Shown in pieces: positions 19,047 to 26,760 of a DNA stretch of 64,000 nucleotides. The position numbers and the translations under genes were made by a program. The DNA is from Pseudolysinimonas sp. (GTDB taxonomy: Bacteria; Actinomycetota; Actinomycetes; Actinomycetales; Microbacteriaceae), in contig NZ_JBDSPJ010000022.1 of assembly GCF_039912695.1 (NCBI RefSeq), positions 246,522 to 310,521 on the forward strand, written 5' to 3'. Numbering within the stretch: position 1 is the stretch's first letter; the number at the start of each line of letters is the position of its first letter. Under the pieces are notes generated by a model. The model saw only the letters and a list, made by a program, of their open reading frames with translations. It was not told the origin of the DNA and searched no databases.

Positions 19047-19799
19047 CTAGCCAGCGGGCGGCACGAGGTGCTCGCGGAAGAACGCGTCAATCCGCTGCCA
19101 GGCATCCGCCGCCGCGTCGGGATTCGGGCCGAACCCCGACACCCGCGCAAACGGGCGGAACACTGCCGGCCCGTTGACGGTGGTGTTCATGAACTGATGG
19201 CCCGCGCCCGGATACTCCTTGAGGTCGTGCGGGATGCCGTGACGGCTGAGGGTGGTCTCCAGCTTTGCGGCGGCGCCCTTCAGCGACCGATCGGCGCCCC
19301 CGTAGCTCCCGACGATCGGGCAGGCGTGCTCGAGTGCGGCATCCAGGTCGCGCGGAAGCAGGCCGTAGTTGCTCGCCGCCGCGTCGAAGCCGTGGTCGGC
19401 AGCGGTCATCAGTGCGAAGCCGCCACCCATGCAGAATCCGATGACACCCACCGAGCCGTTGGCATCCGGGCGTTCGAGCAGCAGGACCCGCGCTGACTCG
19501 ATGTCGGCGTAGGCGCGACCGGTGCCCGATCGAAGCGCGCGTGCCGTCGCAATGAGGCACTTGCGTGTGCCGCCCATCGAGTAGAGGTCGGGCATCAGGG
19601 TCAGGTAGCCGAGGCTCGTGAGCTTCGCCACCTGAAGCCGCATCTGCTCGTCGGCGCCGAATGCCTCGTGCATGACGACGACCGCCGGAAACGGACCCGT
19701 GCCTTCGGGAACCCCGAGTACGCCACGCAGTTCTGGGCTCCCACCCTCGGCACGACCAGGAATGTGGATGTCGCGAAGCTGCGTTGCTGAGACGGCCAT
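19047..19799 (-). CDS. Dienelactone hydrolase family protein
   Basis: 250 aa. FPAVVVMHEAFG and the nucleophile motif GVIGFCMGGGFAL fit this family. Confidence 0.8.
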   Translation of the reverse strand: MAVSATQLRDIHIPGRAEGGSPELRGVLGVPEGTGPFPAVVVMHEAFGADEQMRLQVAKLTSLGYLTLMPDLYSMGGTRKCLIATARALRSGTGRAYADIESARVLLLERPDANGSVGVIGFCMGGGFALMTAADHGFDAAASNYGLLPRDLDAALEHACPIVGSYGGADRSLKGAAAKLETTLSRHGIPHDLKEYPGAGHQFMNTTVNGPAVFRPFARVSGFGPNPDAAADAWQRIDAFFREHLVPPAG

Positions 19800-19810
19800 G
19801 GCCTATCTGA

Positions 19811-20527
19811 TCACGTCGCGGGCAGCGTCGGATGCTTCGGGAGCAACAGACGCAGAAGAACCACACCGATCACCCCGCCCATAACCTGCGCTGCCACGAA
19901 CCCGAGGGCCGACCCAGGCGCGATGCCGGCGAACGTGTCGGAGAACATGCGGCCAACTGTCACGGCCGGATTCGCGAAGGCCGTCGAGCTGGTGAAGAAG
20001 TAGCCGGCTCCGATGTAGGCCGCGACCGCCGGGGCGATCAACGCTTCGCGACCGAAGTTTTCGAGCAGGAACACGACCAACACGAGTCCTGCCGTGGCGA
20101 CGACTTCGGCGAGGGCGTGCGGCCAGCTCCACCGATCGTGGGTGCTGATCGCGACGGGGGCGAGCCCGAACATCAGGTTCGCCAGGATTGCCCCGATGAT
20201 GCCACCCGAAACCTGCGCGAGCAGATACGGCAGCACATCACGAAGCTTGCTCGACCCGAACGCAGCCGCGACCGCGGTGATCGCGGGATTGAGGTGAGCA
20301 CCCGAGAGGGGCGCAAACACCGCAATCAGCACGAACAACCCGAAGGCGGTCGCGAGCGCAGTTTCAAGCAACTGCAGTCCTGCGTCGCCCGGCGAGAGGG
20401 TTTGGGCGGCGATCCCTGACCCGACGACGATCGCGACGAGGAGCAGGGTGCCGAGGAACTCGGCGAGCAGCCGCCGCGGCAGCGGCAATACGTCGGGGAT
20501 CGGCAGGACAGCCATCCTCCGGGTCAC
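19811..20527 (-). CDS. MIP-family aquaglyceroporin (AqpS/GlpF-like)
   Basis: 238 aa with six predicted TM segments and two NPA boxes (HLNPAIT, FANPAVT). It has a 4-nt overlap with arsC. Confidence 0.85.
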   Translation of the reverse strand: MTRRMAVLPIPDVLPLPRRLLAEFLGTLLLVAIVVGSGIAAQTLSPGDAGLQLLETALATAFGLFVLIAVFAPLSGAHLNPAITAVAAAFGSSKLRDVLPYLLAQVSGGIIGAILANLMFGLAPVAISTHDRWSWPHALAEVVATAGLVLVVFLLENFGREALIAPAVAAYIGAGYFFTSSTAFANPAVTVGRMFSDTFAGIAPGSALGFVAAQVMGGVIGVVLLRLLLPKHPTLPAT

Positions 20528-20931
20528 TCCAGGCCGACGAGCAGCCGTTCGACGCGCATCCGGATGTCGTCGCGAATCACGCGTACCTCGTCGATTCCGA
20601 GCCCGGCAGGGTCAGTCAATTCCCAGTCCTCGTAGCGCTTCCCCGGGAAGATCGGGCAGGTGTCGCCGCAGCCCATCGTGATGACCACATCGGAGGCTCG
20701 CACGTCATCCGTCGCGAGAAGTGCCGGGCTCTCTCCGGCGATGTCGATGCCCTCCTCCGCCATCGCGGCGACGGCAACCGGGTTGAGGGATGCCGCGGGC
20801 TCCGACCCGGCGGATAGCACGCGCACGCGATCTCCGGCAAGCGACCGTAGGAAGCCGGCGGCCATCTGGGAGCGGCCCGCGTTGTGCACGCAGACAAACA
20901 GAACGGTGGGGGTCATGGGGGCCTCGCTCAT
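20524..20931 (-). CDS. arsC: Arsenate reductase, LMW-PTP type
   Basis: P-loop VLFVCVHNAGRSQMA (C-x5-R-S) and the downstream block TMGCGDTCP. The start is uncertain among TTG 20946, ATG 20931 and ATG 20916. Confidence 0.8.
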   Translation of the reverse strand: MSEAPMTPTVLFVCVHNAGRSQMAAGFLRSLAGDRVRVLSAGSEPAASLNPVAVAAMAEEGIDIAGESPALLATDDVRASDVVITMGCGDTCPIFPGKRYEDWELTDPAGLGIDEVRVIRDDIRMRVERLLVGLE

Positions 20932-20998
20932 GGTGAACAGTGTCAAGTCAAACAGGGATGGAGCCCGGCCGCCCGCGCGCGACGGCCGGACGGTGAAC

Positions 20999-21070
20999 TC
21001 AGCAGCAGTACGGCTCGCAGAGGTCTTCTGACCCCGGCGGGCAGGCGATCGGGTCGCAGCACTCGCTCAT
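20999..21070 (-). CDS. Unannotated 23-aa cysteine-rich peptide (MSECCDPIACPPGSEDLCEPYCC)
   Basis: ATG 21070 to TGA 20999, below the ORF-track size cutoff. A GGGAG core (within GGAAGGGAG) lies 6 nt upstream of the ATG. 21 of 23 codons end in G/C. It is in an operon-head position upstream of arsC. Confidence 0.4.
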   Translation of the reverse strand: MSECCDPIACPPGSEDLCEPYCC

Positions 21071-21084
21071 GGCGTTCTCCCTTC

Positions 21085-21102
21085 CATCGACGGGTGTCGA
21101 TG
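21085..21102. promoter_or_regulatory. Palindrome CATCGAC-GGGT-GTCGATG, candidate ArsR operator
   Basis: Perfect 7-4-7 inverted repeat in the arsR / mini-ORF divergent region. A third CATCGAT half-site lies at 21121-21127. Confidence 0.35.
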
Positions 21103-21155
21103 TAGTGAGCGTGGCTTAAACATCGATAGTTGTCAATATATGAGAGGATGTCGTC

Positions 21156-21521
21156 ATGCCCGTCGCCACTGCGCCAGCCATCGAGTTGATCCCGCTGCGC
21201 GATCTCGCCGCCTGCTGCGCCCCGCTCACCCGAGCGGCGATCAGCACACCGAATGCCGAGAGCCTGAGCCGCTCACTCAAAGCGCTCGCCGACCCGACGC
21301 GGCTGCGCATCCTGTCGATGGTCGCCGCTCACGACGACGCCGAAGCCTGCGTCTGCGACCTCACCGATCCGCTCGACATCGCGCAACCGACGGTCTCGCA
21401 CCACCTCAAAGTGCTTGTCGACGCCGGGTTTCTGACCCGCAGCAAGCGGGGAACCTGGGCGTACTACCGACTGATCCCCGGCTCGCTCGACACGGTCTCG
21501 GGGCTGCTCGCCTCGGTGTGA
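21156..21521 (+). CDS. arsR: ArsR/SmtB-family metalloregulator
   Basis: 121 aa with the EACVCDL metalloid-binding motif and the HTH segment IAQPTVSHHLKVLVDAGFL. Confidence 0.85.
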   Translation: MPVATAPAIELIPLRDLAACCAPLTRAAISTPNAESLSRSLKALADPTRLRILSMVAAHDDAEACVCDLTDPLDIAQPTVSHHLKVLVDAGFLTRSKRGTWAYYRLIPGSLDTVSGLLASV

Positions 21522-21530
21522 CCGCTTGGG

Positions 21531-22187
21531 TTAGCGCTGCAGCCAAGCCAGCACCGCGAGAACGCGCCGGTGGTCGATGCCGGAATCTTCGAGGCCAAGT
21601 TTGCCGAAGATTGCCGTGACGTTCTTCTCGACTGCGCCGACTCCGATGAACAGGGCCTCGGCGACCGCGACGTTGCTGCGCCCCTCCGCCATCAGCTGCA
21701 GCACCTCGCGCTCGCGCGGGGTCAGGGTCGCCAACGGATCGTGACGCCGCCCGATCAGTTGCGCCACCACCTCCGGGTCGAGCACCGTGCCCCCGTCGGC
21801 GATGCGGTCGATCGCGTCGACCAGTTCGGCGAGTGAGGCGACGCGATCCTTCAGCAGGTAGCCGACTCCACCGCTCCCGCTGCCGAGCAACTCCTGCGCG
21901 TAGGCGACTTCGACGTACTGCGACAGCAACAGGATGCCGGTGCGCGGCACCAGTGACCGCAACCGAATCGCGGCGCGCACCCCCTCATCCCGAAACGTCG
22001 GCGGCATCCGAACGTCGAGCACCGCGAGGTCGGGAGCGAGAGTCTCGACCTCGGCGAGGAGGGCGTCGGCATCCCCATAGGAGCCGACGACCTCGTGCCC
22101 CGCCTCGACCAGCACGCGCACCAACCCCTCGCGCAGCAACACCGAGTCGTCGGCTACCACCACGCGCAGTCCGGTCACCTGTTTCAT
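21531..22187 (-). CDS. NarL/LuxR-family response regulator
   Basis: 218 aa. Receiver domain (VVVADDSVLLREG…LAVLDVRMP) and C-terminal LuxR HTH (LTPREREVLQLMAEGRSNVAVAEAL). Confidence 0.9.
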   Translation of the reverse strand: MKQVTGLRVVVADDSVLLREGLVRVLVEAGHEVVGSYGDADALLAEVETLAPDLAVLDVRMPPTFRDEGVRAAIRLRSLVPRTGILLLSQYVEVAYAQELLGSGSGGVGYLLKDRVASLAELVDAIDRIADGGTVLDPEVVAQLIGRRHDPLATLTPREREVLQLMAEGRSNVAVAEALFIGVGAVEKNVTAIFGKLGLEDSGIDHRRVLAVLAWLQR

Positions 22188-22196
22188 CTTGCCGTT

Positions 22197-22295
22197 CTTT
22201 CCGTTTTCAGGAATCCATGTTGCTGGTGTCTACTGCTGTCCTGTTGTGAGTCCCGTTCCGTCGCAAAACCGCGGACTTTTCCTGAAAACGGAAAG
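22197..22295. repeat. Bipartite inverted-repeat element, copy A (17-bp perfect arms, 65-nt spacer)
   Basis: CTTTCCGTTTTCAGGAA (22197-22213) pairs perfectly with TTCCTGAAAACGGAAAG (22279-22295). The arms are near-identical to those at 56968-57076. The interior is visibly AT-richer than the flanks. Confidence 0.7.
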
Positions 22296-22316
22296 GGACT
22301 CTCGCAGCGAAACGGC

Positions 22317-23708
22317 TCACCCAGCGGATGCCGGGGTGGCGACCGCAACGGGAAGATGCGCGGTCAGCACCGTCGGCCCACCGGCAGGGCTCGACAGGTT
22401 GAGGGTTCCGCCGAGTCCGCGTACGCGCTCCTTGAGGCCGGCGATCCCGTGATCCGCCTTCACCTTCGCTCCGCCTTTGCCGTCGTCGGTGACTTCGATG
22501 TCGAGCCACGTGGCATCCGACTCCGACGCGGCACCAGCAACCTGCCGCAGCGACAGGCGCAGGTCGATCGCGGTCGAGCCGCTGTGCTTCACGGCGTTGG
22601 TGAGACCTTCGGCCGCGATGAAGTAGGCGTTGCGTTCCAGTTCGATCGGCAGGTCGGTACCCGCCGGCAGCGTCGACACCACCCGCACCGTCACCGCACT
22701 GCGCACGGCGAGCGACTCCAGTGCCGCGACCAGGCCGCGGTCGAGCAGGATCGGCGGCGCAAATCCCCGCGACAGCGCACGCAGCTCTTCGAGGGCGTCG
22801 CGCGACTGCTGCGTGGCTTCCGCGATCAGCTTGCGGGCGGCATCCGGATCGGTGTCGAGTTGACGTTCGGCCGCGGCGAGATCCATCTGGAGTCGCACGA
22901 GACGCTGCTGCGGACCATCGTGGATGTCGCGCTCAAGCCGGCGAAGCGCGGTGCCTTCTGCGGCAACCGCAGCCGACCGAGATTCCGACAGATCGGCAAC
23001 CTCACGTTGGAGAGCCTCCGTGCGGAACGCACCGAGCATCCCGCGGGCGATACCCCAGTGCATCCAGGTCAGCCCGCGCAGCACCACCGGCAGCGTCGCC
23101 GTGAACAGCACGCCGAGCACAACGTAGATCGCGAGATCGGCTGTGCGCCCGTCGACCTGCGTGCCGTTGTGCAGCACGACGTCGACAACCCACTGGGAGA
23201 GGGAAAAATCGCGGTCTTGGTTCGGGATGAAGGGGCTCCAGATCCACGCCGTCACTCCACCCAACGCGGTCGCGAACCAGGTGACCGCGATTGTGAACGA
23301 GAACGTCGCGACGATGAAGTTCACGATCGTCGTCCAGACCAGGGAGAGCCAGTAGTGAGCGTTGGCGAACAATGCGCGCAGCCAGGCAAAGAAGCCGGTC
23401 TTCGCGGTGCGGTCGTTCCATTCCGGGAGGCGGATCGCGGGGCGCCCGATCCAGCGCAGCAGTGCGAGGTCCAGCGTGCCCGCGATCCGCGCGAGGTACA
23501 GCGCACCGACCAGGAACACGATGCCCAAGAAGAAGGTCGCGATCGTTCCCGCCGCCGCCGAAACGAAGGTGATCGACAGGCTGAAGGTGACGCAGGCGAT
23601 CGGGAACGCGATCAGCAGGTACGCCAAATCTTTAGGGAGGCCCGCCCAGAGCCGCCAGTAGTGCGGAAGGGTGCGAGGCGGGGTGACTGTGGTCATGGTC
23701 AGCTCCAT
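22317..23708 (-). CDS. Sensor histidine kinase (HisKA_3 type) with N-terminal membrane domain
   Basis: 463 aa. H-box ERDIHDGPQQRLV, N-box AEGLTNAVKHS, G-box region DDGKGG…HGIAGLKERV, and several N-terminal TM segments. Confidence 0.85.
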   Translation of the reverse strand: MELTMTTVTPPRTLPHYWRLWAGLPKDLAYLLIAFPIACVTFSLSITFVSAAAGTIATFFLGIVFLVGALYLARIAGTLDLALLRWIGRPAIRLPEWNDRTAKTGFFAWLRALFANAHYWLSLVWTTIVNFIVATFSFTIAVTWFATALGGVTAWIWSPFIPNQDRDFSLSQWVVDVVLHNGTQVDGRTADLAIYVVLGVLFTATLPVVLRGLTWMHWGIARGMLGAFRTEALQREVADLSESRSAAVAAEGTALRRLERDIHDGPQQRLVRLQMDLAAAERQLDTDPDAARKLIAEATQQSRDALEELRALSRGFAPPILLDRGLVAALESLAVRSAVTVRVVSTLPAGTDLPIELERNAYFIAAEGLTNAVKHSGSTAIDLRLSLRQVAGAASESDATWLDIEVTDDGKGGAKVKADHGIAGLKERVRGLGGTLNLSSPAGGPTVLTAHLPVAVATPASAG

Positions 23709-23873
23709 TGTGGGGTGCAGAAGGCTCCCGCGATCGGGATGCCTTCAGCATCGCGACAACGCGTCGAGACCGGCATGGTGCCCACATCCCGAACGCGGTG
23801 GGGCTAACCCCCGGCTGTTGCGACTGCCGACCGCCGTTACGCTGAAAAGCGTGTGCACCGCGGAGGATCGCTG

Positions 23874-24326
23874 ATGTCGAAACTGCGCGCCCTCACCTAC
23901 GGAGTCGGCGGAGGTATCCAACGCTCGGTGCCCAGCAAGCTGCTCGAGTGGACTGACGGCGACGACATCGTGCTCCACACCTCGCACCAGGTGGGGCCGA
24001 GTGGCTGGGACGTGCCGATCGGCGATCTCAAGCGCATCGGCGGATTCACGTCGTCCCTGACTTTCACGCCGAAAGACGGTGACGCCATCCGGGTGTGGTT
24101 TGCCGACCCGAACTACGGCCCGATGGCCGACAGCATCGAGTACGACGAACTGATCGCGCGGTCGGGAATTACGACGTGGGTAGCCGCTCTGCGGAAAACC
24201 GGCATCCGCTCGTTCTATGTCTCGACGAAGATGACCTACCTCATCGCGTTCGCGGTCGTGCCCGCGATCGTCGTGATCGTCGGAATCATCGTCGCGATTG
24301 CTCAGCGCGTTACGGCGAACGGTTAA
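23874..24326 (+). CDS. Hypothetical protein with C-terminal membrane anchor
   Basis: ORF 23853..24326 trimmed to ATG 23874, preceded by GGAGGA. It has a C-terminal hydrophobic stretch (MTYLIAFAVVPAIVVIVGIIVAIA). Confidence 0.55.
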   Translation: MSKLRALTYGVGGGIQRSVPSKLLEWTDGDDIVLHTSHQVGPSGWDVPIGDLKRIGGFTSSLTFTPKDGDAIRVWFADPNYGPMADSIEYDELIARSGITTWVAALRKTGIRSFYVSTKMTYLIAFAVVPAIVVIVGIIVAIAQRVTANG

Positions 24327-24373
24327 ACGAAAAGTCCACTTCCCGTCGCCCAAAGCGGCCCGGAAGGAAGCGG

Positions 24374-25255
24374 TCAGTCGTGAGTGGTGCGACGACGGCG
24401 CAGAACCATGAGCAGGATGCCAGCGGCGAGAGCCGTGGCGCCGAGCGTTGCCGCCGGGAGCGCCAACTCGGAGCCCGTTGCCGCGAGGGATGGGCCGGTC
24501 GCGGGAGGTGCAGGCGCGAAACGGAGGATGACGAGTCCGGCCGACCCGTTGCCCGCGCCATCGGCGCTCACGTCGCCACCGGTTCCCGCGACTGGGTTCG
24601 CACCGGGGACACCGGTGACCTCGGCTGCGTTGCCGCCGTTGCCGTAGACGTCGGTGCCGTCGGCCGCAGGCGGGAAGAGTGTCGCGTCAGCGGTCGGGAT
24701 CTCGGAAAGGGCGTAGCCGACGCCGGGGACGCAATCCGGGCTCTCCTGCGCCAACGTCTGTGACCCGTCGCCGAAGTACAGATTCCAATCGGCGCCCGAG
24801 CATGGGTTGGCGCTGCCGCCCCAGCCGCCGCCGTGCGCGATCGTCGCATCGAGACTGGTGTCGTCGCCGCCGGTTGCGGAGCCATCGCCGCCCACGCCGC
24901 CGAGGCCGACCACGACGACGAGATCGGCACCGAGGGTCACACTGTCGATGTACACCACCTCGCCGCCATTGCCCGCGTACAGCCCGCCAAAGGTGACGTC
25001 ATGATTGCCGCCGCCGCCAGCCGCGATCAGAACCGCAGAGAGCTTGGTGATTCCGGGGGGCGGAGTGAACGTTCCATCGGCCGTGATCCGCACTTCGCAG
25101 ACTCCGTCGGCGACGAGCGTGGCAGCTGGGACAGTCGTGGGGCAGGTGCCCGTGAACGCGAGGGCGGGAGCCGCGAAGCCGACGACGAGTCCACCCGTTC
25201 CGAGGCCGACGGCCCCGATCGCGGCAATTCCACGGGCGAGTTCACGACGGTGCAC
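24374..25255 (-). CDS. Secreted glycine-rich surface protein with LAxTG-type sortase signal
   Basis: 293 aa. N-terminal signal (…GFAAPALA). Gly-rich repeats (AAGGGGN, GLGGVGGDG, HGGGWGG). C-terminal LAATG, then a hydrophobic segment and an RRRR tail. Confidence 0.65.
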   Translation of the reverse strand: MHRRELARGIAAIGAVGLGTGGLVVGFAAPALAFTGTCPTTVPAATLVADGVCEVRITADGTFTPPPGITKLSAVLIAAGGGGNHDVTFGGLYAGNGGEVVYIDSVTLGADLVVVVGLGGVGGDGSATGGDDTSLDATIAHGGGWGGSANPCSGADWNLYFGDGSQTLAQESPDCVPGVGYALSEIPTADATLFPPAADGTDVYGNGGNAAEVTGVPGANPVAGTGGDVSADGAGNGSAGLVILRFAPAPPATGPSLAATGSELALPAATLGATALAAGILLMVLRRRRTTHD

Positions 25256-25320
25256 GGATACTCCTCGAGGGGGTAGACAGCTCGGACTAAGCCTTGCGCC
25301 GAGAGTAGCACCGCAAAGGA

Positions 25321-26760
25321 TCAGAACTCGATCGCGCGCCCAAGTCGCGCACGCAGATCGGCCGCTACTTCGAGCCGACGAGCCTTGCCACTCACCGTTC
25401 TCGGCACGACTGCGATTCGTTCGAGCACCCGTGGCGCAGCGTCGCCGAGTTCGCGCACAAGTGCTGCGCGCAGCTCGGCCAGGTCGACCGCGGAATCCGC
25501 TACTACGGCCAGCGCCACGACAGAGACGCCGCGGGCATCCTCGACCCCCACCGCAACTGCGTCGCCCACCCCGGGAAACCGCAGCGCTACCCGCTCGACG
25601 CGTTCCGGGTCGACCTTGATCCCGGCCGCGTTGATCAGTTCGTCGCGGCGTCCGACCACGATTAGGTGCCCGTCAGCGATCCTGCCGACATCTCCAGGGA
25701 AGAACCATCCGTCGCGGAAGGTCGCGTCGTCGAGCATCCCGCGGAACGACCCGCGCGCCTGTCGAGGTCGTCGAACCCGGATGAGACCCTCCTCACCGTC
25801 GGCCACCGGTTCGCCCTCCGCACCGACGGCCTCGATCGTCGCGAACGGCAGGATCGCGCCGACATCGCCCGGCGCGATCGGCGCACCGCGACGCAGGGTC
25901 ACGCCACCCACCTCCGTCGAGCCGTAAATGATCTCGATCTCGGCACCGAACCGCCGGACCAGGCGCGCCGCGAGCTCCTCCGACAGCACGCCCCCAACCG
26001 ACTGAACGATTCGCAACCCCGGAAGGTCGGCATCCGTACGACCGGCCGCGCTCAGCAGGTCGGAGAGCTGGATCGGCGAGCCGTGCACGAGGGGAACCCC
26101 GGTCTTCGCCAAGACCGCGACGTTTTCGGCCGACGTGCCTCCAACCAGGTACGGGATACCGCCCTCGAGCGCCGCGAAAAACGTCGCCGATCCGCTGACG
26201 GCCCCGATCCCGAGAATCGTGAGGAACGGGCCGGTGGGCATCCAGAACTCGCGTCCGCGATTGACGCGTTCCTCAAGGTCGGCGACCGTAAACGCGATGG
26301 GCTTCGGCGCGCCCGTCGTACCGCTTGAGAAGACCACCCGCGCGATGTCGTTGTCGGCCCACTGGAACGGTTCGACGGTCGGGTCGAGTTCGGCCGACCG
26401 CATCAGCCAGGCGTCGTCAACCTGCATGAAACGCTCAGCAGGAAAACCCTCACGGCGTGCGCGCCCCACCATGACATCCAGCACATCGCCCAGCTCCTCG
26501 CCACGACCGACCGGTGCAATCGCTCCGATCGCGCCGCGCATCCAGAGCGCCACCGCGAACACGGGCTGCAACAGGGGCGGCAGCTCGACCCCAACGACCG
26601 CTCCCGGTCCGATCCCCTCGGTAGCCAACAGCGCTGCACAGCGAGCCGCGGAATCCCACAGTTCGGAGACGGTGAGGCTCGACGTGGCGCTGATCAGCAC
26701 GTCCGCGTCGGGTTCGGTGTCGAGGCGTCGCCGAAGCCCCGCGATCGGATCGAAGGTCAC
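25321..26760 (-). CDS. AMP-dependent synthetase/ligase (acyl-CoA synthetase-like)
   Basis: ORF 25321..26937 trimmed to GTG 26760 (GTGA overlap with the upstream stop at 26757). AMP-binding motif FSSGTTGAPK and the later block GDVGRIADGHLIVVGRRDELINAAGIKV. Confidence 0.8.
   Translation of the reverse strand: MTFDPIAGLRRRLDTEPDADVLISATSSLTVSELWDSAARCAALLATEGIGPGAVVGVELPPLLQPVFAVALWMRGAIGAIAPVGRGEELGDVLDVMVGRARREGFPAERFMQVDDAWLMRSAELDPTVEPFQWADNDIARVVFSSGTTGAPKPIAFTVADLEERVNRGREFWMPTGPFLTILGIGAVSGSATFFAALEGGIPYLVGGTSAENVAVLAKTGVPLVHGSPIQLSDLLSAAGRTDADLPGLRIVQSVGGVLSEELAARLVRRFGAEIEIIYGSTEVGGVTLRRGAPIAPGDVGAILPFATIEAVGAEGEPVADGEEGLIRVRRPRQARGSFRGMLDDATFRDGWFFPGDVGRIADGHLIVVGRRDELINAAGIKVDPERVERVALRFPGVGDAVAVGVEDARGVSVVALAVVADSAVDLAELRAALVRELGDAAPRVLERIAVVPRTVSGKARRLEVAADLRARLGRAIEF

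Noticed and set aside
20947-20998. The GC hairpin 20965-20989 as a full terminator that separates the mini-ORF from arsC.
   Set aside because: The stem is only 7 bp with an 11-nt loop and has no following U-tract, so I cannot call it a terminator. It is mentioned only as a possible attenuator element within the mini-ORF finding.
22198-22294. The arms of the bipartite repeat as Zur boxes, because they contain GTTTTCA / TGAAAAC half-sites.
   Set aside because: Actinobacterial Zur boxes have the two half-sites adjacent (TGAAAA-N3-TTTTCA). Here the halves are 65-75 nt apart. No zinc-related genes flank either copy, and one copy lies between convergent gene ends.
22095-23807. The 570-aa plus-strand ORF, and similar long ORFs at 1457..2914 (+), 11248..13299 (+), 30975..32429 (-), 34766..36088 (-), 38441..39880 (-), 47083..48135 (-) and 49175..50575 (-).
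   Set aside because: Each lies antisense to, or out of frame with, a gene that has clear family motifs. Their products are dominated by R, G, P, D and H and have no recognisable domains. They are GC-driven open frames.
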